Assembly (NCBI RefSeq): GCF_001194135.2
Contig: NC_068986.1
Location: 95,424,435-95,488,434 of the forward strand
DNA from: Octopus bimaculoides
Taxonomy: Eukaryota
Direction: 5' to 3'
Length of the DNA stretch: 64,000 nt
A program made the translations under genes and the position numbers. The notes under the pieces are model-generated. The model was not told the DNA's origin. It did no database searches and saw only the letters and a program-made list of their open reading frames with translations. Shown piece by piece: positions 39,321 to 52,154 of this stretch (the first letter of the stretch is position 1; every line of letters begins with the position of its first letter).

Positions 39321-40583
39321 TTGGGTCATTCCATACATAATGCAGTTTTTTATTATTTCTTTTATTTTTCAAAATTAAGAGAAATAATGTTCTTTTTTAC
39401 TCTAAAATATACTCTCCTTCATTTTCTTCAATGCTCTTCCATCTCTCTAGAAGACTTGCAAGGCCCCTCTTCCAAAATTCACTTGTCCGTCACAAAAATA
39501 CTCCTCCAGTATTGCTCTGAACTCGTCTACAGAATTCATATCTTTCCGTCCAAATGATTTTGAAGACTGCAGAATAAATGATAATCAAATGGGGCAATGT
39601 CCGACAAATATGGTGTGTGGGGCATCGTTTCTCATTCAAACTGCTCCAGCTTTTGGAATGTCATCCTCGCTATATGTGACCAAGCATTGTCATAATGGAA
39701 GAACACCTTTCGTCTTGAAACCAAAGACGGTCGTTTTTCTTCTAGCACTGACTTAAGCCTCTCAAGCTGCTCACAGTAGATCTCCTTTGTTATCGCTTGG
39801 TTTGGGTTTAAAAGTTCAAAGTGGACTAAACCATTGATATCCCACCAAACAGATAGCAACACCTTACGTGGGTGAAGATTTTCTTTAGCCTGGGGTGCTG
39901 GTGTTTCTCCTTTCCCTACCCATTGTCTTCAGCGCTTGACATTTTTATAGAGAACCCATTTCTCGTCACCAGTCACTATTCAGTCCAATAAAGATTCATT
40001 CGTGAGGCTTGACAACAGAGAAGAGCACACGTTCACTCTTTGCACGCGATTAGACTCGGAAAATTTGTGAGGAACGCATTGACCCAATTTGCTGACTTTT
40101 CTGATGGCACACATGTGTCGATGAATGGTTGAATCTAAACTTCTCTGCTAGTTCCTCAACAGTTACGATGGGATTTTGTTCCAGCAGGATTTGCAGGACG
40201 TCCTCATCGAGCTCCATAGATCTTCCAGGTCGAGGCTCGTCTCCTAGGCTGTCATTTCCGGCTCGGAATTTCCGGAACCGCTGTTAACACTGGCTTACGC
40301 TTATTGTCCGTTCACCATATACTACATTAATATTCTTCGCACTTTCCGTTGCATTATTGCTTTTATTGAACTCATAAAGCAAAATATGCCAAATATGCTC
40401 CTTTGTCATTTCCATTATAGCTTTGAAAAAATAACCGCTAAAATCGAACTGCACTCCTCAAAACTTGCACTAAGAATAAGGATAAGGTAAAATTACTACC
40501 GGCTTTTATAGCAAGTTAATGCAGGTAGTTTATCCCGTTCCTCTCCGACTTTTAGTTCATGCAATTGAAAAAGCCGCTTTATT

Positions 40584-40586
<3 letters not shown>
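39321..40586 (-). mobile_element. Near full-length mariner element; transposase pseudogene 39397-40415
   Basis: MEMTKEHIWHILLYEF..., IVTGDEKWVLY, SVWWDINGLVHFELL, HYDNAWSH, PHTPYLSDIAPFDYHLF (DD34D-type motifs); several stops and frameshifts. Confidence 0.95.
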
Positions 40587-40658
<72 letters not shown>

Positions 40659-40857
40659 ATACACACATACATACATACACACACATACATACACACAAAC
40701 ATATATATAAATTTCGATGTCACTGTCGATACTCTTCTTGTTGAAGAATAACGTGTGTATGTGTTTATACTTACATACATGCGTATGTACATACATACGT
40801 ACGTACGTACATACATACATACATACATACATACATACATACATACATACACACATA

Positions 40858-41562
40858 TCTGAGGCCATAGAAATAAGAAACCACAGTATGGTAGAAGTCA
40901 TAGCCTCTCATAATAAGGAGTACTGGCGTAAGGTCCCAGTGAAAACCTCAATAAAATGTAAACATAATACACCTGATATAGTGATTTGGGATAGAGAAGA
41001 TAAACTATGTTCAGTTGTGGAAATCAGCTGCCCAGCGGATGTTAGCATAAAGCTGAAGATCAGCGAAAAAGAAAATACCTACACTGAACTATTGAGAAAT
41101 CTACAGTTACTCTAATCTGATTACCAGTTCTGGTTTATACCTGTAATTATCGGCGCACTGGAATGTAACACACTACCTAGGTATCAATCTTGAGAAATTA
41201 GGCTTCTCAAAACCTGAAAGGAGAAAGCTAATTTGAAGACTACTGATCCAAGCCATCACTGGAACTGTAAAAATCTACAAAACTTTCCGGAGTTTTATCA
41301 CTTAAGTATATATGAGCATGTGTAGACATGCAACTATATGCATGAGAATACATACATAAAAAATATACAAATCTGCAAATGCAGTGACTCCAAATACCGC
41401 ACATATACACAAATATATGCAAAAATACCGTTGCTGTTGTTCAAATTCCAATGAAGAAACCTATAGTTTAGGTTAGAAACCAGCTCTCTTTCTCTCTTTT
41501 TCTCTCTCTCTCTCTCTCTCCCTCTCTATTGGCAAGAAATATTGAAATAAAGCTGAATAATG
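40858..41562 (+). mobile_element. 5'-truncated R4/Dong-like LINE (restriction-like endonuclease C-terminus plus 3' UTR)
   Basis: KHNTPDIVIWDRE...VEISCP...SEKENTYTELL..FIPVIIGAL (PD-(D/E)xK RLE pattern); flanked by (ACAT)n on both sides. Confidence 0.85.
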
Positions 41563-42843
41563 ACATACATACATACATACATACATTTGTCACAGATTGT
41601 GGATGATACAATTGTATCGTCACTTTATTTTGATAGTTTGGAAAAGAAAGTCAGTAAGTGCCAGACTTTCATCCAGATCTGTCAGTTCTTTCATGATAAA
41701 TCCCAAGATAACGAAAAGAGTGAAGAATAGCAGTCTTGTCTTATACATACGCATACATCCATCAGTTAACTATCTATAACTGGCTATTGTCATAAGGTGC
41801 TCCTATAGTTCATACTATTTGGGTCTACACTTGTTCTCCTCATCTTCTGCACAGCCTTCTGTCACAGAGTCGAAAGCAACTTTAAAGTTGATGACTTCGA
41901 AATGTAACGTTGTTTGAAGTTCTTTTTTGAAGTTTTTTTTTCACTGACTACAAAAACGACATCAACTGTGCCTCTACTAACTTTAAAACCTGACTGTTTT
42001 CCGTCAGTTATTCAGTTAAACTGCTCATTCCGTGGAGGAGATTTCTACTGAGTACATTCCCTGATGTTGATAAGAGGATAATTGCTTTGGGTGATGGTAT
42101 TGCGTTTTTTTTTTATATTCAGTTGCTGGGTCTTGGAAAATAAACAGTGCCTATGGACTTCGCGGGTTTACGGAGACCAAGAAGAGTGTTACTATTAATG
42201 ATTCGACTAAACTATTAAAAATCAGACCCACAGGAAAAAAATAAGCAAAGAAGGAGAACCAGAGGCCCGACTAGAAGTGGGTAGGACAGGGTTTAGTGTT
42301 TAGTGTAGGGTCTTTGGGTGGATACAATATTTGTGATGAGCAAAGAAGAGATCAGTGCAACAAGAATGTCTAAATGAAAGTAGCATGAGACCAGTCAATT
42401 CCAACGAATAGAAGGCATTATAGAAGCAAAGGGTGGATGCAGCCCACCTGTGGTCAGAGTCTGGGCATGACTTTAAGTGATTTTTATTTCTTGTCTTTCT
42501 TCTTTTGTGGTGTCTTTTCTTTTTTCCATAATATGCTCAATATTAATATGTAGTGTATTGCGTTCTCATCTTTTAGTACACTAGCACTTATGGCGTCTAG
42601 ACAATAGACTTAATAGTTGTTCATCCTTCTTACTGATTTTTCTATTTCTTTTTTGTTATTTCTACTTGAATATCAACATCAGAAGCACTATCCGAGATTT
42701 CTGATATGGTTTCCGGCTTATGTAAGACTTTAGTGAAGAGATGTTATCCAAAATGATCTTTCCAACATAACGTGTTTCAGCTCTGTATGTGTGTTAGATT
42801 CTTTAACTTTGATTGCACTTGAGTAAAGGTACAAAAGAAGCTC

Positions 42844-43155
42844 CGACCTGCATTTCAAACTAAATTTCCGTCTGCAAAAATTGTATTTATTGGTAAATTG
42901 TAAAGTTTAATAAGTTCATGTGCCGCAGGGGAAAATGTTCCCGATGTTTTCGAACAAGTGCTTTCTTCGGGGAGNNNNNNNNNNCACCCACACAAACACA
43001 CACACACGTACGCACACACGCACACACACACTCACACACGCGCACGCGCACGCGCACGCACACGCACACACAAACACATACGCATACAAACATATTCAGT
43101 ACCATATGTACATATATGTATATATACATATACATATATTTATAAATACACACAT

Positions 43156-43222
<67 letters not shown>

Positions 43223-43900
43223 NNNNNNNNNNATACATACATGCATGCATACATGCATACATACAGACAGACAGACAGACAGACAGGCAGACAGACAGAC
43301 AGACAGACATGCATATACATATGTATATATATATGCACGTATATATATATTCAATTTTTTTTCTCCGTGTTTTTCTCCTTGTCTCCGTATTCTTTCTGTT
43401 GAAGAGCGTAGCTCGAAACGTCAAAGACTTTCCGTATTCCCGAGCGTCATACTAATATATACTTTTGTTATTTACACCACCTGTCCTCGTCTGTTGTTAT
43501 TTTTTGTATATTCTCCCAGTGTGTGTGTGTGCGTGTGCGTGCGCGTGCGCGTGTGTGAGTGTGTGTGTGCGTGTGTGCGTACGTGTGTGTGTGTTTGTGT
43601 GGGTGGGTGCGTGTGTGCGATGTAAAATTTTTGAAGTTCGTTTGCCGTTGAGTGAAGAATTTCCAACTTTTTGAAGTCAATGGGAAAAATCTGCGGGGAA
43701 CGGAACAGTTTTTCCTTAAGATCTTGGATACTACCTCTCGATCTACAGATGGAAAATAATCTTTTCCCGCTCCCCGAAGAAAGCACTTGTTCGAAAACAT
43801 CGGGAACATTTTCCCCTGCGGCACATGAACTTATTAAACTTTACAATTTACCAATAAATACAATTTTTGCAGACGGAAATTTAGTTTGAAATGCAGGTCG
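42844..43900. repeat. Near-perfect inverted duplication (~380 bp)
   Basis: 42844-42974 is the exact reverse complement of 43770-43900. 42985-~43070 matches 43519-43605 except for one GCGCAC unit. The left copy has a 10-N gap where 43606-43769 would lie. Confidence 0.9.
43391..43427 (+). ncRNA. Minimal type I HHR-like motif, copy 1
   Basis: UCUUU-CUGUUGA-A-GAGC-GUA-GCUC-GAAACGUC-AAAGA: 5-bp stem I, 4-bp stem II, palindromic ACGU stem III, predicted cut after C43422; core has U at position 6. Confidence 0.6.
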
Positions 43901-43966
43901 ATGATTGACCGTTGACTGAACACTATTCAATTTTTTTTCTCCGTGTTTTTCTCCTTGTCTCCGTAT

Positions 43967-44003
43967 TCTTTCTGTTGAAGAGCGTAGCTCGAAACGTCAA
44001 AGA
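43967..44003 (+). ncRNA. Minimal type I HHR-like motif, copy 2
   Basis: Identical to copy 1, 576 nt downstream; predicted cut after C43998. Confidence 0.6.
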
Positions 44004-44768
44004 CTTTCCGTATTCCCGAGTGTCATACTAATATATACTTTTGTTATTTACACCACCTGTCCTCGTCTGTTGTTATTTTTTGTATATTCTCCCATATATA
44101 TATATATATATTTATATATATACATAGATATATATATGTATGTATGTATGTATGTATTACATGTATATATAATATATGTATCCTTGGTTTGTGTTTAGAC
44201 AGTGGGATATATTTTATACAGCTGACAGCATTGTGCCGAAGTGCAGAAGCATCTACACCTTGGTACTTGACCGGAAGAATAAACAGTTAGAAAAACTGGA
44301 TCATTTCATATTAAAGAATTGAAACAGTAATGTTTTTGACTACGACGACGACAACGACAAAGAGCAGGAGGGGGGAACTGTTTGAACTTGTTGAACGCCA
44401 TGTCAGATCTGATCTAATACGATGAAAGGATATCCAGCTGTGATTACTCTTCACTTTTCAGAAATTGTAAACACGACTACGTTTTGCACTTCTCAACCTT
44501 TTCTTTAAGACGGCAGTGTATAGTTTGAGGGCGATCTAACATACATTTCTAGCAGATAGAACAGCAACAAAGAAGTTCTCTTGCATGCTTGTATACCAGA
44601 TAATACCAGTAATACGATACCGTCATTTAAACTCAACCTTTGCTTTGGAAAAACACGCTGACTTTGAACGTACTCGGAGTAATCAAAATTTTACTCTCTC
44701 ACTCCCTATCTCTGCTTATCTTTCTCCCTCCCTATGTATATCTATCTATCTATCTATCTTTCTATCGA

Positions 44769-44891
<123 letters not shown>

Positions 44892-45489
44892 GCAAACACA
44901 CGAATCACTGTGTTTTACTCTCTCCTTCTCTTTCTTTCTCTCTCTCTGATACACACACACACAAACACACACATTCTCCAATACGTATTATGCATTCAAG
45001 TTAAATTAAGGACTGATGAAACGAGAATAGGGCATGTCATGTGATCAATGAAGAAGTATCGGATTAAAATATCGACCAATCAAAGCAATGGGATATGTCG
45101 GAGTAGGAATCTATGAACTCCATCTGTCAGGCAAACAGTTTAGCTTAAAGATATTATTAGATTCGCTAATATTTTTAGTGGGGGCCTTAGGAGGGAGAAA
45201 TGATAGGTGGTTGTGGAGAAGAGATAGGGTTGTTTTAAGTAATACTGGTGAGGGGGGAAGGTGAAGGATTGAATATGTGAGAGGTAGACAGGTAGGTATG
45301 TAGGTGGCATAGTAAAAAATAACGCAGTGTAAAGAGGCAAAAAGATGTTGAAAATGTGTAAGAGTGAAAAGTGGGAAGAAGAACAGGAACTAGAATATTT
45401 AGAAAAAAATACATGCATATACATATATGCTTGCATGTGTATGTATATGTATGTATATATGCATTTGTGTATATATATATATATATATA

Positions 45490-45700
45490 TATTCTTTATT
45501 CTTTTACTTGTTTCAGTTATTTGATTGCGGCCATGGTGGAGCGCCGCCTTTAGTCGAACAAACTGTCCCCAAAATTTGTTCTGTGGAAGGCCAGTACTTA
45601 TTCTATCAGGCTTTTTTGCCGAACCACTTAGTTACGGGGACGTAAACACATCAACATCGGTTGTCAAATGATGGTGCGGGAACAAACACAGACATACAAA
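45490..45700 (-). mobile_element. SINE family B, 3' half
   Basis: TTTTACTTGTTTCAG...CCGAACCACTTAGTTACGGGGACGTAAACAC. Confidence 0.8.
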
Positions 45701-46301
45701 TACATACATATATACATACATACTTATATATATATATNNNNNNNNNNNNNNNNNNNNNNNNNNNNNNNNNNNNNNNNNNNNNNNNNNNNNNNNNNNNNNN
45801 NNNNNNNNNNNNNNNNNNNNNNNNNNNNNNNNNNNNNNNNNNNNNNNNNNNNNNNNNNNNNNNNNNNNNNNNNNNNNNNNNNNNNNNNNNNNNNNNNNNN
45901 NNNNNNNNNNNNNNNNNNNNNNNNNNNNNNNNNNNNNNNNNNNNNNNNNNNNNNNNNNNNNNNNNNNNNNNNNNNNNNNNNNNNNNNNNNNNNNNNNNNN
46001 NNNNNNNNNNNNNNNNNNNNNNNNNNNNNNNNNNNNNNNNNNNNNNNNNNNNNNNNNNNNNNNNNNNNNNNNNNNNNNNNNNNNNNNNNNNNNNNNNNNN
46101 NNNNNNNNNNNNNNNNNNNNNNNNNNNNNNNNNNNNNNNNNNNNNNNNNNNNNNNNNNNNNNNNNNNNNNNNNNNNNNNNNNNNNNNNNNNNNNNNNNNN
46201 NNNNNNNNNNNNNNNNNNNNNNNNNNNNNNNNNNNNNNNNNNNNNNNNNNNNNNNNNNNNNNNNNNNNNNNNNNNNNNNNNNNNNNNNNNNNNNNNNNNN
46301 N

Positions 46302-46667
46302 GTATATTTGCCACTTAAATGTGGCTGACCCCTAAGGGTGGATGTTACTGTTGCTTTTAGCCCCAGGAGAACATCTCCTCCAACTGGCTATCGACACACA
46401 TCTGTGTCCTTTCTGTATTTGCAAAGGGAAGTCATCCTTCCCATCTTGATCTGCGATACGCACGGACTCGAGTTTCTGGGTATTTACCCGTCCTCAGCGT
46501 ACGACAATCGCCGACCTTCGATGCGAAAGATATCCCTTTGCAAATATATATAACTTTTTCCAGTGAAATTATTCACTGATCTCGAAAAAGTGAAAACAAG
46601 CAATGTTAAATCTCTGAACGAGGTATTAACAGTACCCCCGAGATCAGTGAATAATTTCACTGGAAAA
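46302..46667. repeat. Repeat related to 13955-14065, with two further inverted repeats
   Basis: 46302-46370 matches the reverse complement of the 13987-14055 loop and arm; 14-bp IR at 46416-46429/46533-46546; perfect 29-bp IR at 46556-46584/46639-46667. Confidence 0.85.
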
Positions 46668-46803
46668 GTACATATATACATATAGAGATATATATGCATA
46701 CGTACAGACACACACACATATACCTATGTACACACATACGCATGTCTCTCTCTCTTTCTATTTTCTATCTTTCTCTGTCTCTCTCTCTATCTATCTCTCT
46801 CAC

Positions 46804-46871
<68 letters not shown>

Positions 46872-47367
46872 TTTGTGAAAATTCTTGAATCGCAGATCAA
46901 GTATACTAGAAATACAAAGAGGACTCAACACGAATCAGAACTAACCCTCGTGTGATTCGTTACGTGTTACAGAATTAACGTTTTAGCAGAGAATCTCTGC
47001 TTTCGTTAATTCAATAGTTCCTCGGAAACTGAACGCATGCACACACACATACATACACAGACCTGCATAGATATATACTTATATATATACATGTGTGCGC
47101 GCGTGTGTCCGAGCGTGCGTGCGTGTATGTGCGTACGTGCGTGTGTGCGTGTGCGTGTGCGCGTGCGTGCGTGTGGGCGTGTGGGCGTGCGCGTGCGNNN
47201 NNNNNNNGTGCGTGTGGGCGTGTGGGCGTGCGCGTGCGTGCGTGTGGGCGTGCGCGTGCGTGAGTGCGCGCGTGCGTGCGTGGGTGTGCGTGTGTGTATG
47301 CATGTATATATGTATGCATGTGTGTATGTATGTGTATGTATGGGTATATGTGTATGTATGTATGTAT

Positions 47368-47686
47368 ACTCTTTTTTACTCTTTTACTTGTTTCAGTCAT
47401 TTAGTCGAGCAAATCGACCCCAGGACTTATTCTTTGTAAGCCTAGTACTTATTCTATCGATTCTCTTTTACCGAACCGCTAAGTTACGGGGACGTAAACA
47501 CACCACCATCGGTTGTCAAGCGATGTTGGGGCACAAACACAGACACACACAAACACACACACACACACACACACACANNNNNNNNNNNNNNNNNNNNNNN
47601 NNNNNNNNNNNNNNNNNNNNNNNNNNNNNNNNNNNNNNNNNNNNNNNNNNNNNNNNNNNNNNNNNNNNNNNNNNNNNNNNNNNNNN

Positions 47687-47722
<36 letters not shown>

Positions 47723-47798
47723 ACATATACATATATATGACGGGCTTCTTTCAGTTTCCGTCTACCAAATCCACTCACAAGGCTTTGGTCGGCCTGAG
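47368..47798 (-). mobile_element. SINE family B with internal microsatellite and gap
   Basis: GCAAATCGACCCCAGGACTTATTC...GACGGGCTTCTTTCAGTTTCCGTCTACC. Confidence 0.85.
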
Positions 47799-48062
47799 GT
47801 AGATATACATATGCATAAACACATATAGACAGGTAGATAGACAGACAGAAACAATAGCAAACAGAAAACAGGTTTGGAAGTTATGTAATTCAATGCTTTT
47901 ACAGGACAAACTCGTACTTCCCCAAATTGCCTTCATAAATACATAACACTTGTAGAAACATATAATCTTGCAATACATTTCATCAGTATTCCGCAATACT
48001 TACAATATGCATGGAAGGCTCACTGAAGAATGTATGTGCGTGTGTGTGCGTGTGTCTGTGTT

Positions 48063-48119
<57 letters not shown>

Positions 48120-48129
48120 NNNNNNNNNN

Positions 48130-48186
<57 letters not shown>

Positions 48187-48647
48187 TTACCTTTTCCGTT
48201 ATGGAAGTTATCAATAATATCGCATTTCGCACGATGTAGCAGAGGATAATAAAACGGACCATTGATGCACGACGCCACTCTGTCATAAACAATTGGATGA
48301 GAATACAAAGAAAAACGTTTTTTATACTTTTTTCTTTTATCTATTAACGTGTATATAGTAATTATACAATTATTTCCAAAAAAACATGTCTCTATCTCTA
48401 CATGTAAAAGTAATGAGCAAAAGAACAGCCTTTAAGAATAACGTAGAGGCTGCTGGGAAAACATCTATGTGGTTCTGTACGAGAAAAAGATGATTGGCAG
48501 AGTCATTAGAATGCTGTTGGAACACAGGCTTAGATTTGATCAATCTAGATTTGGTCGTCTGGGTGAGGATGCATGTTATAAGACCCAAAACACTCAGTGA
48601 TCACAAGAAACATCACTGAGAATATGTTCAAGTATAGATGTATATTT

Positions 48648-48958
48648 TATCTTTAACTTGTTTCGGTCTTTAGACTGCGACTATGCCGGGACACCAACTT
48701 GAAGAATTTCAGTCGAATGAATCAACCCTAGTACTTTGTTTTTAAAGCCTGGTTTCTTTAGCCGAACTACTAAGCTTCAGGGTCGTAAACACACCAACAC
48801 CAATTATCAAGCGGGGCGGAGGACTAACACAGATCCATTCGCAAAGCTTTGTCTGTAATAGAAGACACTTGCCCTTGGTGTCGCACAATGGAATTGAAAT
48901 CGGAACCATGTGATTAGAAAGCTAACTTCTTCTCACACAGCCACACCTGCACCTATGC
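48648..48958 (-). mobile_element. SINE family B, degenerate
   Basis: AGAAGACACTTGCCC...GGAACCATGTGATTAG...CACACAGCCACACCTGC. Confidence 0.7.
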
Positions 48959-49933
48959 TGAACTTTCAAAAGTAAATATATACATAGATATATGCATGCA
49001 TGTTTGTATGTATGTATGTATGTATGTATGTATGTATGTTAGGCTTTTCCTTCTTTTTATTCATTAGTGTTCTTTCTAGAAGTAAGGAGCTGGTTTCTAA
49101 CAAAGAGAGAAAAACTCCATCATTGAAGTTTGGATATCAATAACGAAAATTGTCACATATCGAACTTTAAGAATATCTTGCATATTTTAACTGTTCTACT
49201 TACAGATTGTGTGTGTAAAGTTCATGTTAGCCTGTCATAATGTTTTGTTTGTCTGTATGCACATATGTGAACGTATGTACGCATGAGTGTATGTATATAC
49301 ATTCCAAGTTGTAGGCCTCAATTTTTATTTTATAAATATGTAACTGAAATTTTACTTAGTGGTGCAAAGAAAAGTTCATAGGATCTAATAATTTTCTCAA
49401 ATTCTTTCTCAAGAAAGGAATTAGGAACTGTTTCGATGGAACAATTTTGACTGAATTATCCGATGCTCCAAGACCAACCGAATATATTATCAATTATTCG
49501 TTAGAAGCAATTTATAGAAATTATAGTGAATTCATGGAATAATATTTATTTTAGGAATTAATAAACCCAGGCAATGTCAGGTATTGCTTCTAGTATTTGA
49601 TAAATCTATTAGTGTTCGTTTACTTAGAAATTATGTCAATATGAGTTATATACACATGATATTCTCAAGTTTAATCTTGTGTAAATACGACATGTACAGA
49701 CACATTACTGGTAACGCTTACAATAACAAATGGGAGCGATGGGGGGATTTCGATTGTCACAAGAGGGTTTGATTGTGGATACACTACATTTGTTGTTGTT
49801 GTTGCTGCTGCCGCCTCTGTTGGTGTTTTTTTTTATGATGATGCTGAGGTCGACTTTGCCTTTCATCGTTTAGAGATCTATAACAACAACAACAACAATT
49901 ATAATGATGATGATAGTGATGATGATGATGATG

Positions 49934-50138
49934 ATTTCAAATTTTGGCACAAGGCCAGCAATTTTCGGAGAGTGAGTAAGTCGATTACATTGTCTCCAGT
50001 ACTTAACTAGTACTTATTTTATCGATCCCGCAAGGATAAAAGGCAAAGTAGACCTCGGAGGAATTTGAACCCAGAACGTAAAGACAGGCGAAATGTCGCT
50101 AAGCATTTTGCCTGTCTTTACGCGCAAACGATTCTGCC
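49934..50138 (-). mobile_element. SINE family A
   Basis: TTTTATCGATCCCGCAAGGATAAAAGGCAAAGTAGACCTCGGAGGAATTTGAACCCAG. Confidence 0.8.
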
Positions 50139-50714
50139 ACACAGTGAATAAGCAAAGTTGTTAGAGCGCTGGATAGAATATCTCGTTTCATTTGATTCAT
50201 CTGCAGCACTTGAGTTCAAATCCCGCCGAAGTCAACTTCGCTTCTCATCCTTTCGGGATCACTAAGAAACGGACTGATCCAGGGCAATGGATTGGTGTAA
50301 CAATTAACGGATCGAGTTAGACGCCTTGCAGTATCTATCATGGCTCTTTGAGTTCTACCAGCAACGCCTGCGACGACACTGGGGCCATTCTTTCTGATAA
50401 ACATTGGTGATGTGAAGAGAGAAGATTTGCATGTATGAGTAACTGCTAGACCTCCTCAAAAGATGTTGCCCAAGTCTGCACGTACATCATCAGAAGCAAT
50501 CCTCCAACAATCCTCCGAAGATAGGTTTAGCCTTGACCCCTTAGCTAGTAACTAATGCTGCTGTTGCTGTTGTTTTTGTTGTAACTGAAGTCATAAGAAA
50601 AATCTATAACAACAAAAATGACATTACGAACAGCGGCAACGATGAAAACAAACTCACAAACTGTAAAAGTAATAACAAAACAACTACCCACTACTGACTT
50701 TGCTGCTATTATTG

Positions 50715-50745
<31 letters not shown>

Positions 50746-51169
50746 TGTTGCTGTTGTTGTTGTTGTTGTTGCTGCTGCTGTTTTTTTTCTGCCGCTACTG
50801 TTGCTACTAATGTTGCTACAATCGGTAGTTTTGATAATTTATATAACACTGTTCAGCTTATTCAATTTCCTCCCAGATCAAAGAATTTTTTGATTACACA
50901 AAATCTTCCTGTCGGCCCTATGTTATACCATTATTCTAGTTATGCCAACCTGATATTTGGGACATTAAAACGTGTCCTTTTTCATTGTAATGACGGTGGG
51001 AAATTAGTCGACAGTGGGTAACCGGAACTACATTGATTAGTATGAGTGACTACAGAAACACAACTGACCTGCTTTGATAATGTTTTACAATATTAGTATT
51101 ACATGATGAAGACTTGTCTAAAGCAAAGTACACAAGAATTTTTATTTTATTTTAGATTATCTAAATAAA

Positions 51170-51213
<44 letters not shown>

Positions 51214-51250
51214 NNNNNNNNNNAGAGAGAGAGAGAGAGAGAGAGAGATA

Positions 51251-51301
<51 letters not shown>

Positions 51302-52154
51302 TAAATACAACGAACAATATAAGCGGCAACATAGGAAGAACAAGCTTTAACAAATACGGCATTAGCTTAACGCTTTAATGGATATGTGTGTATGTATATA
51401 TGAATGAATAAGTGTATGTATATATGTATGTATGTGTGCGCGTGTATGTGTATGTGTGTGCGTATGTGTGTGAGTATGTGTGTGCGTATGTGTGTGATGT
51501 GTGGGTAAACATGTAGTGGGGTGTGCATATTACTAATACACAACTCTGTGTACTTCATTATTCTGTGGAGGTGGGGCGTGTGTCTGTATGTGTGTGTGTG
51601 TATATGTGTATGAGTGTAGGTGTATATGTGGGTGGGTGAGTGGGCGGTTTGGGTGGGTGCATGTGTGTGGGTGCTTGTGTGTGTGTGTGCGTGTGCGTGT
51701 GTGCATCTCATATGTAATACGTGATCGTGTGCATGCGTTCTTCCCTGGAGCTGCAAATTCCTAAAATGTTTTGTAAGTTTTCACCGTGGCTTTAATCTCC
51801 AAACTGTATTTGGAGAATGCGAATATGTTTGTTCTTCTTCGGAAAAACCACCAGCATTTCTAAATTTTTATACAGATCTTACGTTGCATAACTCAAAGCA
51901 CGTATTATAACAGCAAAAAATAGAAATTTATGCTTTTGGTATTAAAGCTGTAGGTTTCTCATTTATTCTCTATAGATATTCTTGTTACCCAATTTTTAAC
52001 GTGACATTCACATCTGCCGAGCAGTTGATCTATGCAACTGTGCATGACTTTTGCCAGTCCCAAATAACAGAATCTGGCTTGTTGTGCTTATAACGGGTAA
52101 CTGTTTTTACTGGTCTTTTCCACGAGTGTTCTTTATTGTTGTTAAATATTCTTT

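Larger units (their letters stand above)
43348..44094 (+). mobile_element. Pair of 171-bp direct repeats (43348-43518 and 43924-44094), PLE pseudo-LTR or retrozyme-like
   Basis: One substitution seen between copies (CGAGC/TGTCAT); each carries an HHR-like motif; the second abuts (TA)n. Confidence 0.8.

Noticed and set aside
42330-42440. Possible Tc1 transposase C-terminus (...IEGIIEAKGG)
   Set aside because: Too short and frameshifted, with no TIR support.
43468-43824. ORFs across the inverted duplicate X (e.g. VLSSGSGKRLFSICRSRG...)
   Set aside because: No recognisable domain in any frame, and they run into microsatellite.
51973-52092. Possible exon after a polypyrimidine/TAG acceptor (YSCYPIFNVTFTSAEQLIYATVHDFCQSQITESGLLCL*)
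   Set aside because: No recognisable homology, ends in a stop, and no partner exons found.
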